NCBI GenBank assembly: GCA_965208125.1
Contig: OZ242320.1
Span: forward strand, 160,001-224,000
Length of the DNA stretch: 64,000 nucleotides
Direction of reading: 5' to 3'
Origin: Candidatus Latescibacterota bacterium
Lineage (GTDB): Bacteria > Latescibacterota > UBA2968
The notes under the pieces: generated by a model
What the model was told of the DNA's origin: nothing
What the model saw: only the letters and a program-made list of their open reading frames with translations
Databases searched by the model: none
Part shown: piece after piece, positions 52,617 through 62,704 of the stretch
How the letters are laid out: each line of letters starts with the position of its first letter
How positions within the stretch are numbered: position 1 is the first letter of the stretch
Program-made: the position numbers and the translations under genes

Positions 52617-53708
52617 ATGTCCAACGACAACATCATTCGCGTCGCTATCGGTGGTCAGGGTCGCAGTGGATACAACATCCATGCCAAACAATTGAACCAG
52701 ATGCCCGACAAATTCAAAATTGTAGCCGTAGCCGACCAATTGCCCGAGCGCAGGCGCGATGCCCGCGAACAATTTGGGGCCGAAGCTTATGAAGACTGGC
52801 AAGACATGATCAAAGCAGGTGGATTTGACCTCTTTGTCAATGCCCTGCACCAGCCTCTGCACCCCGTCGCCAGCATTGCCGCTCTCCAGGCGGGTAGCCA
52901 TGTCGTATGCGAAAAACCCACCTGCAAAACCGTGGCGCAATTCGACGACATCGTTCAGACAGCCAGAGACAACAACCGCGTCTTTGCCCCTTTTCAGAAC
53001 AACCGGTTACAACCCTACTTTGACAAAATCCAGGAAATCATCAACTCGGGCGTGTTGGGCAAAATTGTGTACATCCGATCCTCCTGGGGCGGTTTTTCGC
53101 GGCGCTGGGACTGGCAAACCCGTCAGGAAAACTGGGGCGGTGGCCTGCTCAATACAGGACCTCATCCCGTTGATCAAGCCCTCTGCCTCTTTGGCTTTGA
53201 CCGCACCCCCAGCGTCTTTGCCCGCATGGACTGCAACAACCCCTTTGAAGGCGATGCCGACGATCACTGCACCGTCACATTGTACGACCCCGAACGGCAG
53301 GCACCCCAAATCGACATCGTCGTGAGCAACTACCTGCATTATCCGCAAAACGACACCTACACCATTAACGGCACCTATGGCGGTCTCGCAGGGGGATCAT
53401 CAGCACTCAAATGGCGTTATTTTGACCCCGAAAAAGCCCCCAAACACGACATGTGGACCTGGTCGGTAAACCGACAGTACACCCGCGAAGAACTCGACTG
53501 GATCGAAGAAACGTGGACACTCGAAGAAGAGAAGAAAAACAACAACTCTCCCTCCGTCTCACTCGAAAGCGGTCCCGAACGCTTCTACAACAACATCTAC
53601 GACGCACTCAAAAACAACGGCGAACTCCTCATCACACCCGTGCAAGTACGCACACAAATCGCTGTGATAGAAGAATCCCATCGTCAAAACCCACTCCCCA
53701 AAAAATAA
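52617..53708 (+). CDS. Gfo/Idh/MocA family oxidoreductase
   Basis: GQGRSG, VCEKP, GGGLLNTGPH. Confidence 0.9.
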   Translation: MSNDNIIRVAIGGQGRSGYNIHAKQLNQMPDKFKIVAVADQLPERRRDAREQFGAEAYEDWQDMIKAGGFDLFVNALHQPLHPVASIAALQAGSHVVCEKPTCKTVAQFDDIVQTARDNNRVFAPFQNNRLQPYFDKIQEIINSGVLGKIVYIRSSWGGFSRRWDWQTRQENWGGGLLNTGPHPVDQALCLFGFDRTPSVFARMDCNNPFEGDADDHCTVTLYDPERQAPQIDIVVSNYLHYPQNDTYTINGTYGGLAGGSSALKWRYFDPEKAPKHDMWTWSVNRQYTREELDWIEETWTLEEEKKNNNSPSVSLESGPERFYNNIYDALKNNGELLITPVQVRTQIAVIEESHRQNPLPKK

Positions 53709-53729
53709 AGTACAACAAAGGAAAACCCC

Positions 53730-54581
53730 ATGAGCATCCCCATCTTAGACACCCATCAGCATCTCATCTACCTGGGCAAATACCCCTATTCGTGGACCGA
53801 TGACCTCGCGCCACTCAAAGGCAATGCCTTCCACATCGAAGACTATTTGACCCTCACAAAAGGCAGCGGCATCACGCGCACCATTTTCATGGAAGCCTCG
53901 CCCGATGACCCTCACTGGCGGGACGAAACGCAATTTGTTTATGAACTATCCGAACAACCCAATGCCATAATCGAAGGCGTCATCGCCAACTGCCGTCCCG
54001 AATCCCCCTCTGGATTTGAAGCCTATATCGAATCTGTCCAGCACCCCAAACTCGTCGGCTTCCGCCGCATCCTGCACACCATGCCCGACGACCTCTCCCA
54101 ATCGGATCACTTTGCAACAAACATCCGCCTGCTCGAAAAATACAACCTCACCTTCGACCTCTGCTTCCGCACCGACCAGCTACCCATCGCCCGCAACCTC
54201 GCGCAAAAATGTCCAGACGTCCAATTCATCCTCGACCACTGCGGCGTACCGGATATTGCAAACAACGAGACAGACCCATGGCGCGACCACATCGCGCAAA
54301 TAGCCGCCCTCCCAAATGTCGCATGCAAAATCTCGGGCGTCCTCGCCTATTGCGCCGAAGGAAATGTCACCACCGAAGCGGTACGCCCTTATGTCGAACA
54401 CTGCATCGCCAGCTTCGGCTGGAATCGCGTGGTCTGGGGCAGCGACTGGCCCGTTTGCAACACGCGGTCCGATATCCAGACCTGGGTCCAAATATCGCGC
54501 GAAATCGTCGCCAACGCCGACGTAGCGGATCAGGAAAAACTCTTTCATAAGAACGCGGAACGCATCTATCTTAAAAAATAA
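53730..54581 (+). CDS. Amidohydrolase_2 family (sugar-lactonase-like)
   Basis: DTHQH, LDHCG.P, CKISG, WGSDWPV. Confidence 0.88.
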   Translation: MSIPILDTHQHLIYLGKYPYSWTDDLAPLKGNAFHIEDYLTLTKGSGITRTIFMEASPDDPHWRDETQFVYELSEQPNAIIEGVIANCRPESPSGFEAYIESVQHPKLVGFRRILHTMPDDLSQSDHFATNIRLLEKYNLTFDLCFRTDQLPIARNLAQKCPDVQFILDHCGVPDIANNETDPWRDHIAQIAALPNVACKISGVLAYCAEGNVTTEAVRPYVEHCIASFGWNRVVWGSDWPVCNTRSDIQTWVQISREIVANADVADQEKLFHKNAERIYLKK

Positions 54582-54636
54582 GAACGGTCCCTCATAGAGA
54601 GAGACCGTCTAATCGCGAAACGTCTCAATTCTGTCT

Positions 54637-54867
54637 CTAACTCTCCTCTCCCCCATCTGTGCGATCTTGCTCAACCTGCTGAGCAGCGGACATCCCGTCC
54701 TTTTTACCCATATTATAGGCGCGATATGATGCGGGTATCACCATCGCAGCCATAATCCCTGCCACAACAGCAGGCGAGATATTGATATCCATAATAAGCC
54801 GCAGTACGACTATAGCCGCCAGACCAGATGCGATATATCCGATTCCCACTCCAATAGCCTTATACAT
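54637..54867 (-). CDS. Small two-TM protein, paralogue B
   Basis: GGAGG RBS; similar to 54876-55097. Confidence 0.75.
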   Translation of the reverse strand: MYKAIGVGIGYIASGLAAIVVLRLIMDINISPAVVAGIMAAMVIPASYRAYNMGKKDGMSAAQQVEQDRTDGGEES

Positions 54868-54875
54868 AATTCCTC

Positions 54876-55097
54876 CTATTTCTCGGTTGTGCGATCTTGC
54901 TCAACCTTTTGCGCAGCGGATGCCCTGTCCTTTTTACCCATATTATAGGCGTGATATGATGCGTTTATCACCATCGCAGCCATAACTCCTGTCATAACAG
55001 CAGGCGATGTATCGATTCTCAAAATAAATTCAGCTATGGCTATAGCCGCAAAACCAGTTGCGACATGACCGATTCCTACCAAGATAGGCTTAAACAT
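54876..55097 (-). CDS. Small two-TM protein, paralogue A
   Basis: GAGGGGG RBS; shares SPAV..G.MAAMVI.ASY.AYNMGKKD..SAAQ.VEQDRT. Confidence 0.75.
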   Translation of the reverse strand: MFKPILVGIGHVATGFAAIAIAEFILRIDTSPAVMTGVMAAMVINASYHAYNMGKKDRASAAQKVEQDRTTEK

Positions 55098-55108
55098 AAT
55101 CCCCCTCT

Positions 55109-55906
55109 TTAACCAACACGCGCACTCAATCCCCCGTCAACCGGAAGCAAAACACCCGTAATATACTTCGCCTCATCCGAAGCGAGAAATACTGCAGCGG
55201 AGGCCACATCCCACGCCGACCCCATCTTTTGTTCGAGAGGCACCTGTGCAGCGCGCTCCTGGCGAAGCGCATCCCGGTTGACACCCTGATCTTGCACGCG
55301 GGATTCAATCGCCATCGGCGTATCCATCAAACCGGGCAAAATCGCATTCACGCGCACGCCATAAGGCGCGTTTTCAAGCGCGAGATTCTGCGTAAGCGCA
55401 TTGATCCCCGCCTTGGCGATTTTGTACGCAAGCGTCCTGGGGCGAAAACACACAGCCGCCGTAGAAGAAATATTGATAATAACGCCATTTCTCTGCGTGC
55501 GCATAACGGGAAGCACATATTTACAGGTCAGGAACAACCCCTTGAGATTAATATCTATAAGTCGCTGCCAGTCTTCGCCACTCAGATCAACAGAACCACC
55601 GTCTCCCCTCAGCGTACCGACATTATTGTGCAAAATATCGATACGCCCATAGCGCTGGACACAGGTCTCGGCAATAGCTCGACAATCATCTTCAATCGTA
55701 ATATCCGCGCCGAGCACCGATGCACACCCCTTCTCCTGTGCAATCATCCGCGCAGTCTCTTCAGCAGACGCGGCATCCTTATCCACCAGAAGCACCTGCG
55801 CGCCCGCTCTGGCAAAGCGAATAGCCGTCGCCCGCCCATTGCCAATGGTCTCGCCCGCCGACTGTCCTGCCCCAACGACAATCGCTATTTTATCTTTAAG
55901 CTGCAT
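55109..55906 (-). CDS. Short-chain dehydrogenase/reductase
   Basis: GETIGNG, NNVG, NISS, YKIAK, RVNAILPG. Confidence 0.92.
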   Translation of the reverse strand: MQLKDKIAIVVGAGQSAGETIGNGRATAIRFARAGAQVLLVDKDAASAEETARMIAQEKGCASVLGADITIEDDCRAIAETCVQRYGRIDILHNNVGTLRGDGGSVDLSGEDWQRLIDINLKGLFLTCKYVLPVMRTQRNGVIINISSTAAVCFRPRTLAYKIAKAGINALTQNLALENAPYGVRVNAILPGLMDTPMAIESRVQDQGVNRDALRQERAAQVPLEQKMGSAWDVASAAVFLASDEAKYITGVLLPVDGGLSARVG

Positions 55907-55932
55907 ATTCTCTTTGCATATTGATATCAGAG

Positions 55933-56646
55933 TCATTCATTCGCAACCGACTCCCGGTTTTGCATCGCCACAAAATGGCGTTCCACCCGGCCTGTCGCCA
56001 GCATCGTACCGATGAGCAGTAACCATAGAACAAAGGCCGGCCCACTGAAATGATGCATACCGATCACTGCGTCTGTCCATATAAATTGCATGGCGATGCC
56101 GATAACCGCCGATGCGGGTGCGATATATCTGAGTTGACCGCCGACTTTCCACTGGTACCGCGCCGCGAGGATAAGCGCCAACCCAGCCGCCGAGAAACCG
56201 ATTTTGCCGGTAAACCATCGAAGGTATTCGGTCGTCTCTGCCGTGGTGGTCACCTCTGGTGCAATGGCAACAAGCGCGATTGCACACGCCCCGGAAATAA
56301 TCGTAAAAAGTCCAGACACAGCGAACAGCGCTGGCACCAGAGGCGTACCCAGTCGCTCCTTAATAATCCATGTTCTCGACAAAAACCACGCGCCTGTAAC
56401 CAGCGCAACCCCCGAGAGCAGCCTGCCAGCACCTCCCGTAGCGTAAAGGCCACCACTCTCTGAGATCGCGACGAGCGATTCAGCAAACGTGGGCTGATCC
56501 GCATCGGCAGCGACTCTTCCGATAACGGCAACACCTGTAGCGAGTGCAGTCAATATCAGAGACAGCCCACCTTTGCGAGCGCTGGAATCCAGTGGCCGAT
56601 CTGCTATCGCCTCGGCTGAAGTTGATGGATGCGATGATTCTTTCAT
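55933..56646 (-). CDS. Hypothetical multi-TM membrane protein
   Basis: About six hydrophobic helices; ATG abuts IS right end. Confidence 0.7.
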   Translation of the reverse strand: MKESSHPSTSAEAIADRPLDSSARKGGLSLILTALATGVAVIGRVAADADQPTFAESLVAISESGGLYATGGAGRLLSGVALVTGAWFLSRTWIIKERLGTPLVPALFAVSGLFTIISGACAIALVAIAPEVTTTAETTEYLRWFTGKIGFSAAGLALILAARYQWKVGGQLRYIAPASAVIGIAMQFIWTDAVIGMHHFSGPAFVLWLLLIGTMLATGRVERHFVAMQNRESVANE

Positions 56647-57996
56647 GACTACTCCCAACGCTAAAACTCTCTGCGAGTGGGCTTCTTGGCGATCAATCCG
56701 CCTGACGTTGTAGCCCCAACGTCAATATGTTTATCGCAGCATTATGATCTCTGTCCGTCTTATAGCCACACGCCTTGCAATGATGCACACGATCTGAGAG
56801 TGTCTTTTTCTCTCTATGTCCGCAGGCTGAGCAATCTTGTGACGTATAGTCAGGATCAACGGCTTTGAATCCAATACCAGCTTCTTCCGCTTTGTATTCG
56901 AGACAGTGCCGAAACAGGGACCACGCTACGTCTGATATTGATTTAGCCAATCGTCTGTTCTTTTGCATCTCTTTAACGTCTAATTTCTCTACGGCTATGA
57001 ATCCGTGACGATTGACCATTTTTCTTGATTCTTGATGAGCAAAGTTATGTCGCTTATTACGGATACGCTCATGCACTCTACCAATGACTTTACGACGCTT
57101 TTCTCTTGTGGGATCGGTCTTAGGTCTTTTTTTCACTTTGTCCCATTTGCTCTGTGCTTTGGCAAGGTTCTTTTCCTCTTTGCGAAAGAATCTCTGATTC
57201 TCTATTTTTTCGCCGTCACTGGTTACAGCAAAGGACGTAAGACCCACGTCAATGCCAACAGCAGAGTTAGTGTTTGGTTTCTTATCTTTTTCGCCAATAT
57301 CGCAAGAGATAGATACAAACCATTTGCCAGTAGCTGTGCGCGTGATTGTGCAAGACTTAGGGATACCCTCAAGTGACCTGTGCTGGACAATGCGAATGCA
57401 ACCAATACTGCCCAATCGCAAGCCCTTGTCGTCCAAACGGCATCCATTGGCAAACTGAGGATAGGTGATAGAATCATAGCGATTCTCATTCTTGTATCTG
57501 GGAAAGCCCGCTTTCTCGCCTGTCTTTGACTTCTCTTTGAGACGCCGAAAGAATCCTTTGAATGCTAAATCCACCCTTGCCGATACTTGTTGCAACACTT
57601 GACTATATACGTGCTTGAAAGCGGCGTGTTGTTGTTTTAACAATGGTATTGTTTTGGTCTGGTCATATTGCGAGAGAGACTGATTCTCATTTTTCCATGC
57701 TTGTATTCTGGCACAGAGTAGTTGATTATACAGAATACGACATTCGTCAATATGCGCCAGCAAGATTTGTTCTTGCTTTTTGGTCGGACGCAATCTGTAT
57801 TTTAATGACTTAACCATAATAAAAATATACATTTATGTGCTGTTTGTGTCAAGTTGAAAATAGAATAAATCTTGTTGATTTACCGCCACCGATAGTCCCT
57901 TGAGGACTATCCCCAAGCTAAAGCCACCCCGCAAATTCGTAAGCCCTTCGCCATGCGACCCAACGCTAAAGCTGTTGGGTTTTACGGGCTTTTCGG
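56645..57996 (-). mobile_element. IS200/IS605-family, tnpB-only element, copy 2
   Basis: Same terminal hairpins and tnpB as 6218-7590; right end ...GGGAGTAGTCAT. Confidence 0.88.
56693..57817 (-). CDS. tnpB: TnpB RNA-guided endonuclease
   Basis: RuvC D/E/D and Zn finger intact; start set by alignment to copy 1 (MVKS). Confidence 0.96.
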   Translation of the reverse strand: MVKSLKYRLRPTKKQEQILLAHIDECRILYNQLLCARIQAWKNENQSLSQYDQTKTIPLLKQQHAAFKHVYSQVLQQVSARVDLAFKGFFRRLKEKSKTGEKAGFPRYKNENRYDSITYPQFANGCRLDDKGLRLGSIGCIRIVQHRSLEGIPKSCTITRTATGKWFVSISCDIGEKDKKPNTNSAVGIDVGLTSFAVTSDGEKIENQRFFRKEEKNLAKAQSKWDKVKKRPKTDPTREKRRKVIGRVHERIRNKRHNFAHQESRKMVNRHGFIAVEKLDVKEMQKNRRLAKSISDVAWSLFRHCLEYKAEEAGIGFKAVDPDYTSQDCSACGHREKKTLSDRVHHCKACGYKTDRDHNAAINILTLGLQRQAD

Positions 57997-58024
57997 ATAA
58001 TGCTTGCACGATAACTATCTGTAA

Positions 58025-59284
58025 TTAGCCAGCGATGCCCCCTCCCGCGCACGCATGCACAACATCCGACTCCATATTGACAAAAGTATTTTCCTCAATC
58101 ATCGTTCCGCGCGCTTCGCGCTCGATCGCAATCCCCACCTTTTGCTTCTCTCCCCCCGAATCCTCAATCCGATTATCTCGAATCTCCACATCGTACGTCG
58201 TACCTCGAATCTCAATCCCATACCCATTCTCGGCAAAACCATTATCGCGGATTACACACGAACGAATCGCATTTCTGTGCGCCCCTCGAAACTCGGATAA
58301 AGGCGTCCGAAACAAAATGCCCACCTTGTGATTACCCGTAATCTCGCAATTGACAATGAGGTTATCCGTATCTCTGTGCCCAATTGAAATACCAAAATCC
58401 CGATTGTCCAAACACGCGCAATCCTCGGCGATGCCATCCGACACACCCCAACAAAAGAAAATGCCCTGACTATTACTCGTTGACCGACACATACGAAACC
58501 GCGGCCGCTGCGATCCACTTCCCGGATGAAATCCCAGATTGGCATTGTTCTCCGACACACAATTTTCAAAAACAAAATCATCGCAAACCTGAAAACTGAA
58601 CCCATCGCCATTGTAATTGCGCGCCGTCACATTCCGAAAGGTATAGCGGTGGCAACGCTGTAAAAACACCGCACCCGAATAATTCCCATTGATCTCTTCA
58701 TTCTCCTCTTTATTCCCATCCAGAACGATATTCTCAACAGTCACATCGCAAACCCCTTCTTCCGCCGTCAAAATGGGGAAAATCGTCGCCAGCGTAGCCT
58801 GTTCATCCAGCCACATATTTTTATACACCCGCTTACTAAGCGAAATCACCGCCCCCTCAATCGCCGTCACAGTATCTTTCACCACCGTCATCCCGGACTT
58901 GCCATAAGACCGCAACATCACCCCGCATCCCACACCAAATCCACACGCATCCTCCACCTCGACCCGCGCCTCATACCAATCGGAATCCCGCACCAGAGGA
59001 GTCACAACCCCCTCGTCCTTCTTCAACACCGTCGCACTACCCGCCCCGCGCACAGTCAAATTTGGATGCAGATAAAGCGCGTTACGCATCGTATATACCC
59101 CCGACAAAATCTGCAAAACACCACCGCCCAAACGGTGCAAATAATCCGCACCAGCCTGCAAAACCCGATCATCGCTCCCCTGCAAATCCCCCTCGCCCTG
59201 CCCCACCGTCAACACCATCTCCCGCCGCTCTGTCATAGGCCGATTAGCAGAAAAATCCAACATATCAACGCTCCTCAAATTCAT
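58025..59284 (-). CDS. Right-handed parallel beta-helix (pectin-lyase-like fold) protein
   Basis: LQAGADY...GGGVLQILSGVY; repeated N..xG.F/I units. Confidence 0.8.
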   Translation of the reverse strand: MNLRSVDMLDFSANRPMTERREMVLTVGQGEGDLQGSDDRVLQAGADYLHRLGGGVLQILSGVYTMRNALYLHPNLTVRGAGSATVLKKDEGVVTPLVRDSDWYEARVEVEDACGFGVGCGVMLRSYGKSGMTVVKDTVTAIEGAVISLSKRVYKNMWLDEQATLATIFPILTAEEGVCDVTVENIVLDGNKEENEEINGNYSGAVFLQRCHRYTFRNVTARNYNGDGFSFQVCDDFVFENCVSENNANLGFHPGSGSQRPRFRMCRSTSNSQGIFFCWGVSDGIAEDCACLDNRDFGISIGHRDTDNLIVNCEITGNHKVGILFRTPLSEFRGAHRNAIRSCVIRDNGFAENGYGIEIRGTTYDVEIRDNRIEDSGGEKQKVGIAIEREARGTMIEENTFVNMESDVVHACAGGGIAG

Positions 59285-59340
59285 AAGTTATCTCGTACTT
59301 GAAACCAAAGATAATAATGGATTGCCATGCATCCAAAGAC

Positions 59341-59371
59341 AAAAAAATACCCGGCGAGAACCGGGTATTTT
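59341..59371 (-). terminator. Intrinsic terminator of GH3 operon
   Basis: AAAATACCCGG/CCGGGTATTTT. Confidence 0.75.
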
Positions 59372-59400
59372 ATCCATGATGGATACTGAAAGCGCATGCC

Positions 59401-61212
59401 CTAATCGCTATAACTGAGGCCATAACCATACGGGAAAAGCGGCTGGTAGGGTTGTTCGCCCCTATTTACATTTTCATCTTCAGACTTTGGCCAGGAAAAA
59501 GACAACTTGCCCTGAAAATCGCAATCGCCAAAAAGAACATCGGCGACCCCCTGCCCTTCTGAACCGGGCAACCATGCCGCCACAAAAGCAGACGCCGCTT
59601 TTAATTCTCTGTTAATAACCAGAGGGCGTCCCGACACCAAAACAGCAACCACGGGAATCCCTTTTGACCCGATATCCTCAATCGTCTGCAAATCCTCCGG
59701 ATGCAACTCTGCCAATTCCAGACTCTCTCCGTAGGCATCCTGCAATTTCATCAGACCCCTTATCTGGGATCCCACTTCTATTACAACATCATCTCCGCTT
59801 CGAATATCGCCCAAACCTTCGGCATAGGGCTTCTCGCCAATCGCGACAACGGCAACATCATACGCGCCAGCATCGACATTTGCGCCCCCCGTATGCAACA
59901 CGGCCTGAGGTGCCACATTAGCTATCCCCTCCCAAATCGAGGTACCACCTTCGATCAAATCATTGCCACACACGCCCTGCCATCTGACCGTCCAACCACC
60001 GCACTGATACCCGCGATTATGGGCACTCTTGCCAGCGACCAGAATTCGCGCATCCCTGTCCAGCGGCAGCAAACCATCGGTGTTCTTGAGCAACACCAGA
60101 GATTTTCGCACCGCATCGCGTGCAACCTCCCTGTGCTCCTGTGAGCCAAAATACCCGTGACCTGCCCAGTAACTCTGTGAGGGCTTCGGCCTGTCAAATA
60201 AACCATAAGCAGATTTAACCGACAAAATCCGCCGTACCGCATCGTCAATCCTATCTATCGAAACGGTTTTTCGCTCAACGTGTCGCCTGAGATGACCGAT
60301 AAATTTTCTCCACGTCTCTGGAAGCATAAACATATCAATGCCGGCATTCACCGATAGCGCGACCGCATCCCCATAATCGGGTGCCAGTTGGTTTATACCC
60401 TCCCAATCGGAAACGATAAATCCCCGAAATCCCATCTCGCCCTTCAGAAGATGCGTGAGCAGATACTCGTGCCCGTGGCACTTATCCCCATTCCAACAAT
60501 TGTAGGACGCCATGATAGTGAGCACACCCGCTTCAATAGCCGGGTAATAAGGCGCAATATGGATACTTTCCAACTCGGCTTTTGTCACTTCGGTATTTCC
60601 CTGATCAATCCCGTATATGGTCCCCCCGTCGCCCACCCAGTGTTTGGCACACGCAATCACACTATCTTCACAGAGATCACCCTGCAAGGCACCGACGAAT
60701 CTGCTGGCATACGAAACAACAATCTCGGGATCTTCCGAATAGCTCTCGTAGCAACGCCCCCAGCGATTATCGCGTGCCACCGCCAGACTCGGCGCAAAAA
60801 CCCATTGTACACCGCACGCGAGCACCTCACGCATAGTGACCTGTGCAATACGCGCCATAAGATCGGGATCATTGGCACATCCCAGGCCGATATTATGCGG
60901 AAATACGGTCGCACCCATCACGTTATTGTTGCCATGCACGGCATCTATGCCGTAAAGAATGGGAATCCCCAGCGGTGCGTCAAGGGATGCATCCCAATAG
61001 GCATCGATCATAGCGAGCCAATCTTCCGGACGATTATCGCCCGGAGATGAACCGCCACCGCTCAAAACCGAACCTATATGATGGGCTTTGACCTCATCGG
61101 GCCTGATCGTATTGCGCTCTGCCTGAACCATCTGACCAATTTTCTGATCCAGACTCATCTCTGCAATCAGCGCTTCGACTCTCTCTACGTCAACTATTAG
61201 CTCACGCATCAC
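59401..61212 (-). CDS. GH3 beta-glucosidase / glucan exohydrolase
   Basis: DAVHG, RWGRCYES, AKHWVGDG, SDWEG nucleophile, AWLPGSEG. Confidence 0.93.
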   Translation of the reverse strand: MMRELIVDVERVEALIAEMSLDQKIGQMVQAERNTIRPDEVKAHHIGSVLSGGGSSPGDNRPEDWLAMIDAYWDASLDAPLGIPILYGIDAVHGNNNVMGATVFPHNIGLGCANDPDLMARIAQVTMREVLACGVQWVFAPSLAVARDNRWGRCYESYSEDPEIVVSYASRFVGALQGDLCEDSVIACAKHWVGDGGTIYGIDQGNTEVTKAELESIHIAPYYPAIEAGVLTIMASYNCWNGDKCHGHEYLLTHLLKGEMGFRGFIVSDWEGINQLAPDYGDAVALSVNAGIDMFMLPETWRKFIGHLRRHVERKTVSIDRIDDAVRRILSVKSAYGLFDRPKPSQSYWAGHGYFGSQEHREVARDAVRKSLVLLKNTDGLLPLDRDARILVAGKSAHNRGYQCGGWTVRWQGVCGNDLIEGGTSIWEGIANVAPQAVLHTGGANVDAGAYDVAVVAIGEKPYAEGLGDIRSGDDVVIEVGSQIRGLMKLQDAYGESLELAELHPEDLQTIEDIGSKGIPVVAVLVSGRPLVINRELKAASAFVAAWLPGSEGQGVADVLFGDCDFQGKLSFSWPKSEDENVNRGEQPYQPLFPYGYGLSYSD

Positions 61213-62666
61213 GCATCTCCAACTGCCACACTGCCGCGCCTGCGCTCGAGTTCCTCGCGCACCTGATGGGCTTTTTCTTCAGTGAGCGTATATGTCGCAA
61301 TCGCCCAAATCGCAATACCAGAGAAGATCATGGGAACGACAACATCAAAAAACCTCAGCAGAAAGAGGGTGTCCTCGGACTGGGCCTCTCCTAAAGCCAC
61401 ATCAAATCCAGTCAAATTGAGCAGAGGGCCGCCTACCGCCAATGCCATGGACTGGCCGAGTTTCACCATCCACCAATATACCGATCCAAATATTCCCTCC
61501 CTGCGCTCATTGGTCTCCAACTCGTCAAGGTCGCAAACATCCGCGACCATGGACGGCATCAAGGTGAACAACCCACCCAGGCCAAAGGCAATCAATGGCA
61601 TAGGCAATACCACCAACAAGGGAATATCGGGATTGTAGCAAAACCACTTTAGCCCATACCCAATAATAGAAATACCCGTGGAAAGAAAAAATGCCCGCCG
61701 CTTGCCGATCTTCGTACCCACCCAGGTGATGAGAATGACTACCAAAAATGCGGATACGGTCGCTGTCGTGCCCGCATAAGCAAGATACTCCGATCCTATC
61801 TTTTGATCGCCGCCAGAAACGTAATAGATAATCACATAGGCCTGAAAAGAAGCGATCATGATAAAGCCATTGAACACGAGAAATGTCGCCGCGCAGAGCT
61901 TGAGAAAAGGACGGAATTTCAGCGTGGTGGCAAACCCCTTAAAGAAGCTGATCATGCTTCGCTTAAATTCCGCGAGAAAGGGCTTCTTTTCTTTTGGCGT
62001 TGCATCATCGGCTTCCTTAAATCGCTCCTTGAGAAAAATTGCGGGCAAGATGCCAATGACAATTGTCGCAACCCCAATGGCGATGCCCAATCCCGCAGCC
62101 CCATCGACCATATCATCGAATATCTCGTACTGCATAATCCACAAAAACCACGGCGACAGCAAATAGGCGAGTTGACCGATAAAATTTTGCACCCCCATCA
62201 GGCGCGTGCGCTCGTGATAATCCGGCGTCAACTCATAGCCGAGAGCCACCCACGGCGTTGCAAAAACCGTATAGGCGAGAAAAAAGAGGATTGAACCGGC
62301 GAGAAAAAAATAAAAATAGAACATCTCGCTCTGGCCTCTCGGCAACTGCCACAGCAACGCGAAAATAAGCCCCGCAGCAATCGCGCCGCAAAAGATATAA
62401 GGCCGCCGCCGTCCCCATTTCGACCGCGTATTATCGGAGAGATACCCCATCAGCGGATCGGTAATCGCATCGGTCACACGCGGCAAAGCCCCCAGCAAAC
62501 CCACGAGCGCGGGATTCATCCCCAAGCCGAGGTTCAACACGATCACCATGCCACCAATCGCGCCAGCAAGCAAATTATTGACAAATGCACCCACCCCATA
62601 AATTAACTTTTGACCAAATGAAATTCGATCTTCTGGCGCGGTTTCGTAATGCACTGTATCGTTCAT
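61209..62666 (-). CDS. GPH-family (MelB-like) MFS sugar transporter
   Basis: DAITDPLMGYLSDNTRSKWGRRRPY, ELTPDYHERT, RREG. Confidence 0.92.
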   Translation of the reverse strand: MNDTVHYETAPEDRISFGQKLIYGVGAFVNNLLAGAIGGMVIVLNLGLGMNPALVGLLGALPRVTDAITDPLMGYLSDNTRSKWGRRRPYIFCGAIAAGLIFALLWQLPRGQSEMFYFYFFLAGSILFFLAYTVFATPWVALGYELTPDYHERTRLMGVQNFIGQLAYLLSPWFLWIMQYEIFDDMVDGAAGLGIAIGVATIVIGILPAIFLKERFKEADDATPKEKKPFLAEFKRSMISFFKGFATTLKFRPFLKLCAATFLVFNGFIMIASFQAYVIIYYVSGGDQKIGSEYLAYAGTTATVSAFLVVILITWVGTKIGKRRAFFLSTGISIIGYGLKWFCYNPDIPLLVVLPMPLIAFGLGGLFTLMPSMVADVCDLDELETNERREGIFGSVYWWMVKLGQSMALAVGGPLLNLTGFDVALGEAQSEDTLFLLRFFDVVVPMIFSGIAIWAIATYTLTEEKAHQVREELERRRGSVAVGDA

Positions 62667-62704
62667 AAGAATCCTTTGTGACTGCTTCGCAGAGATAATT
62701 TTTG

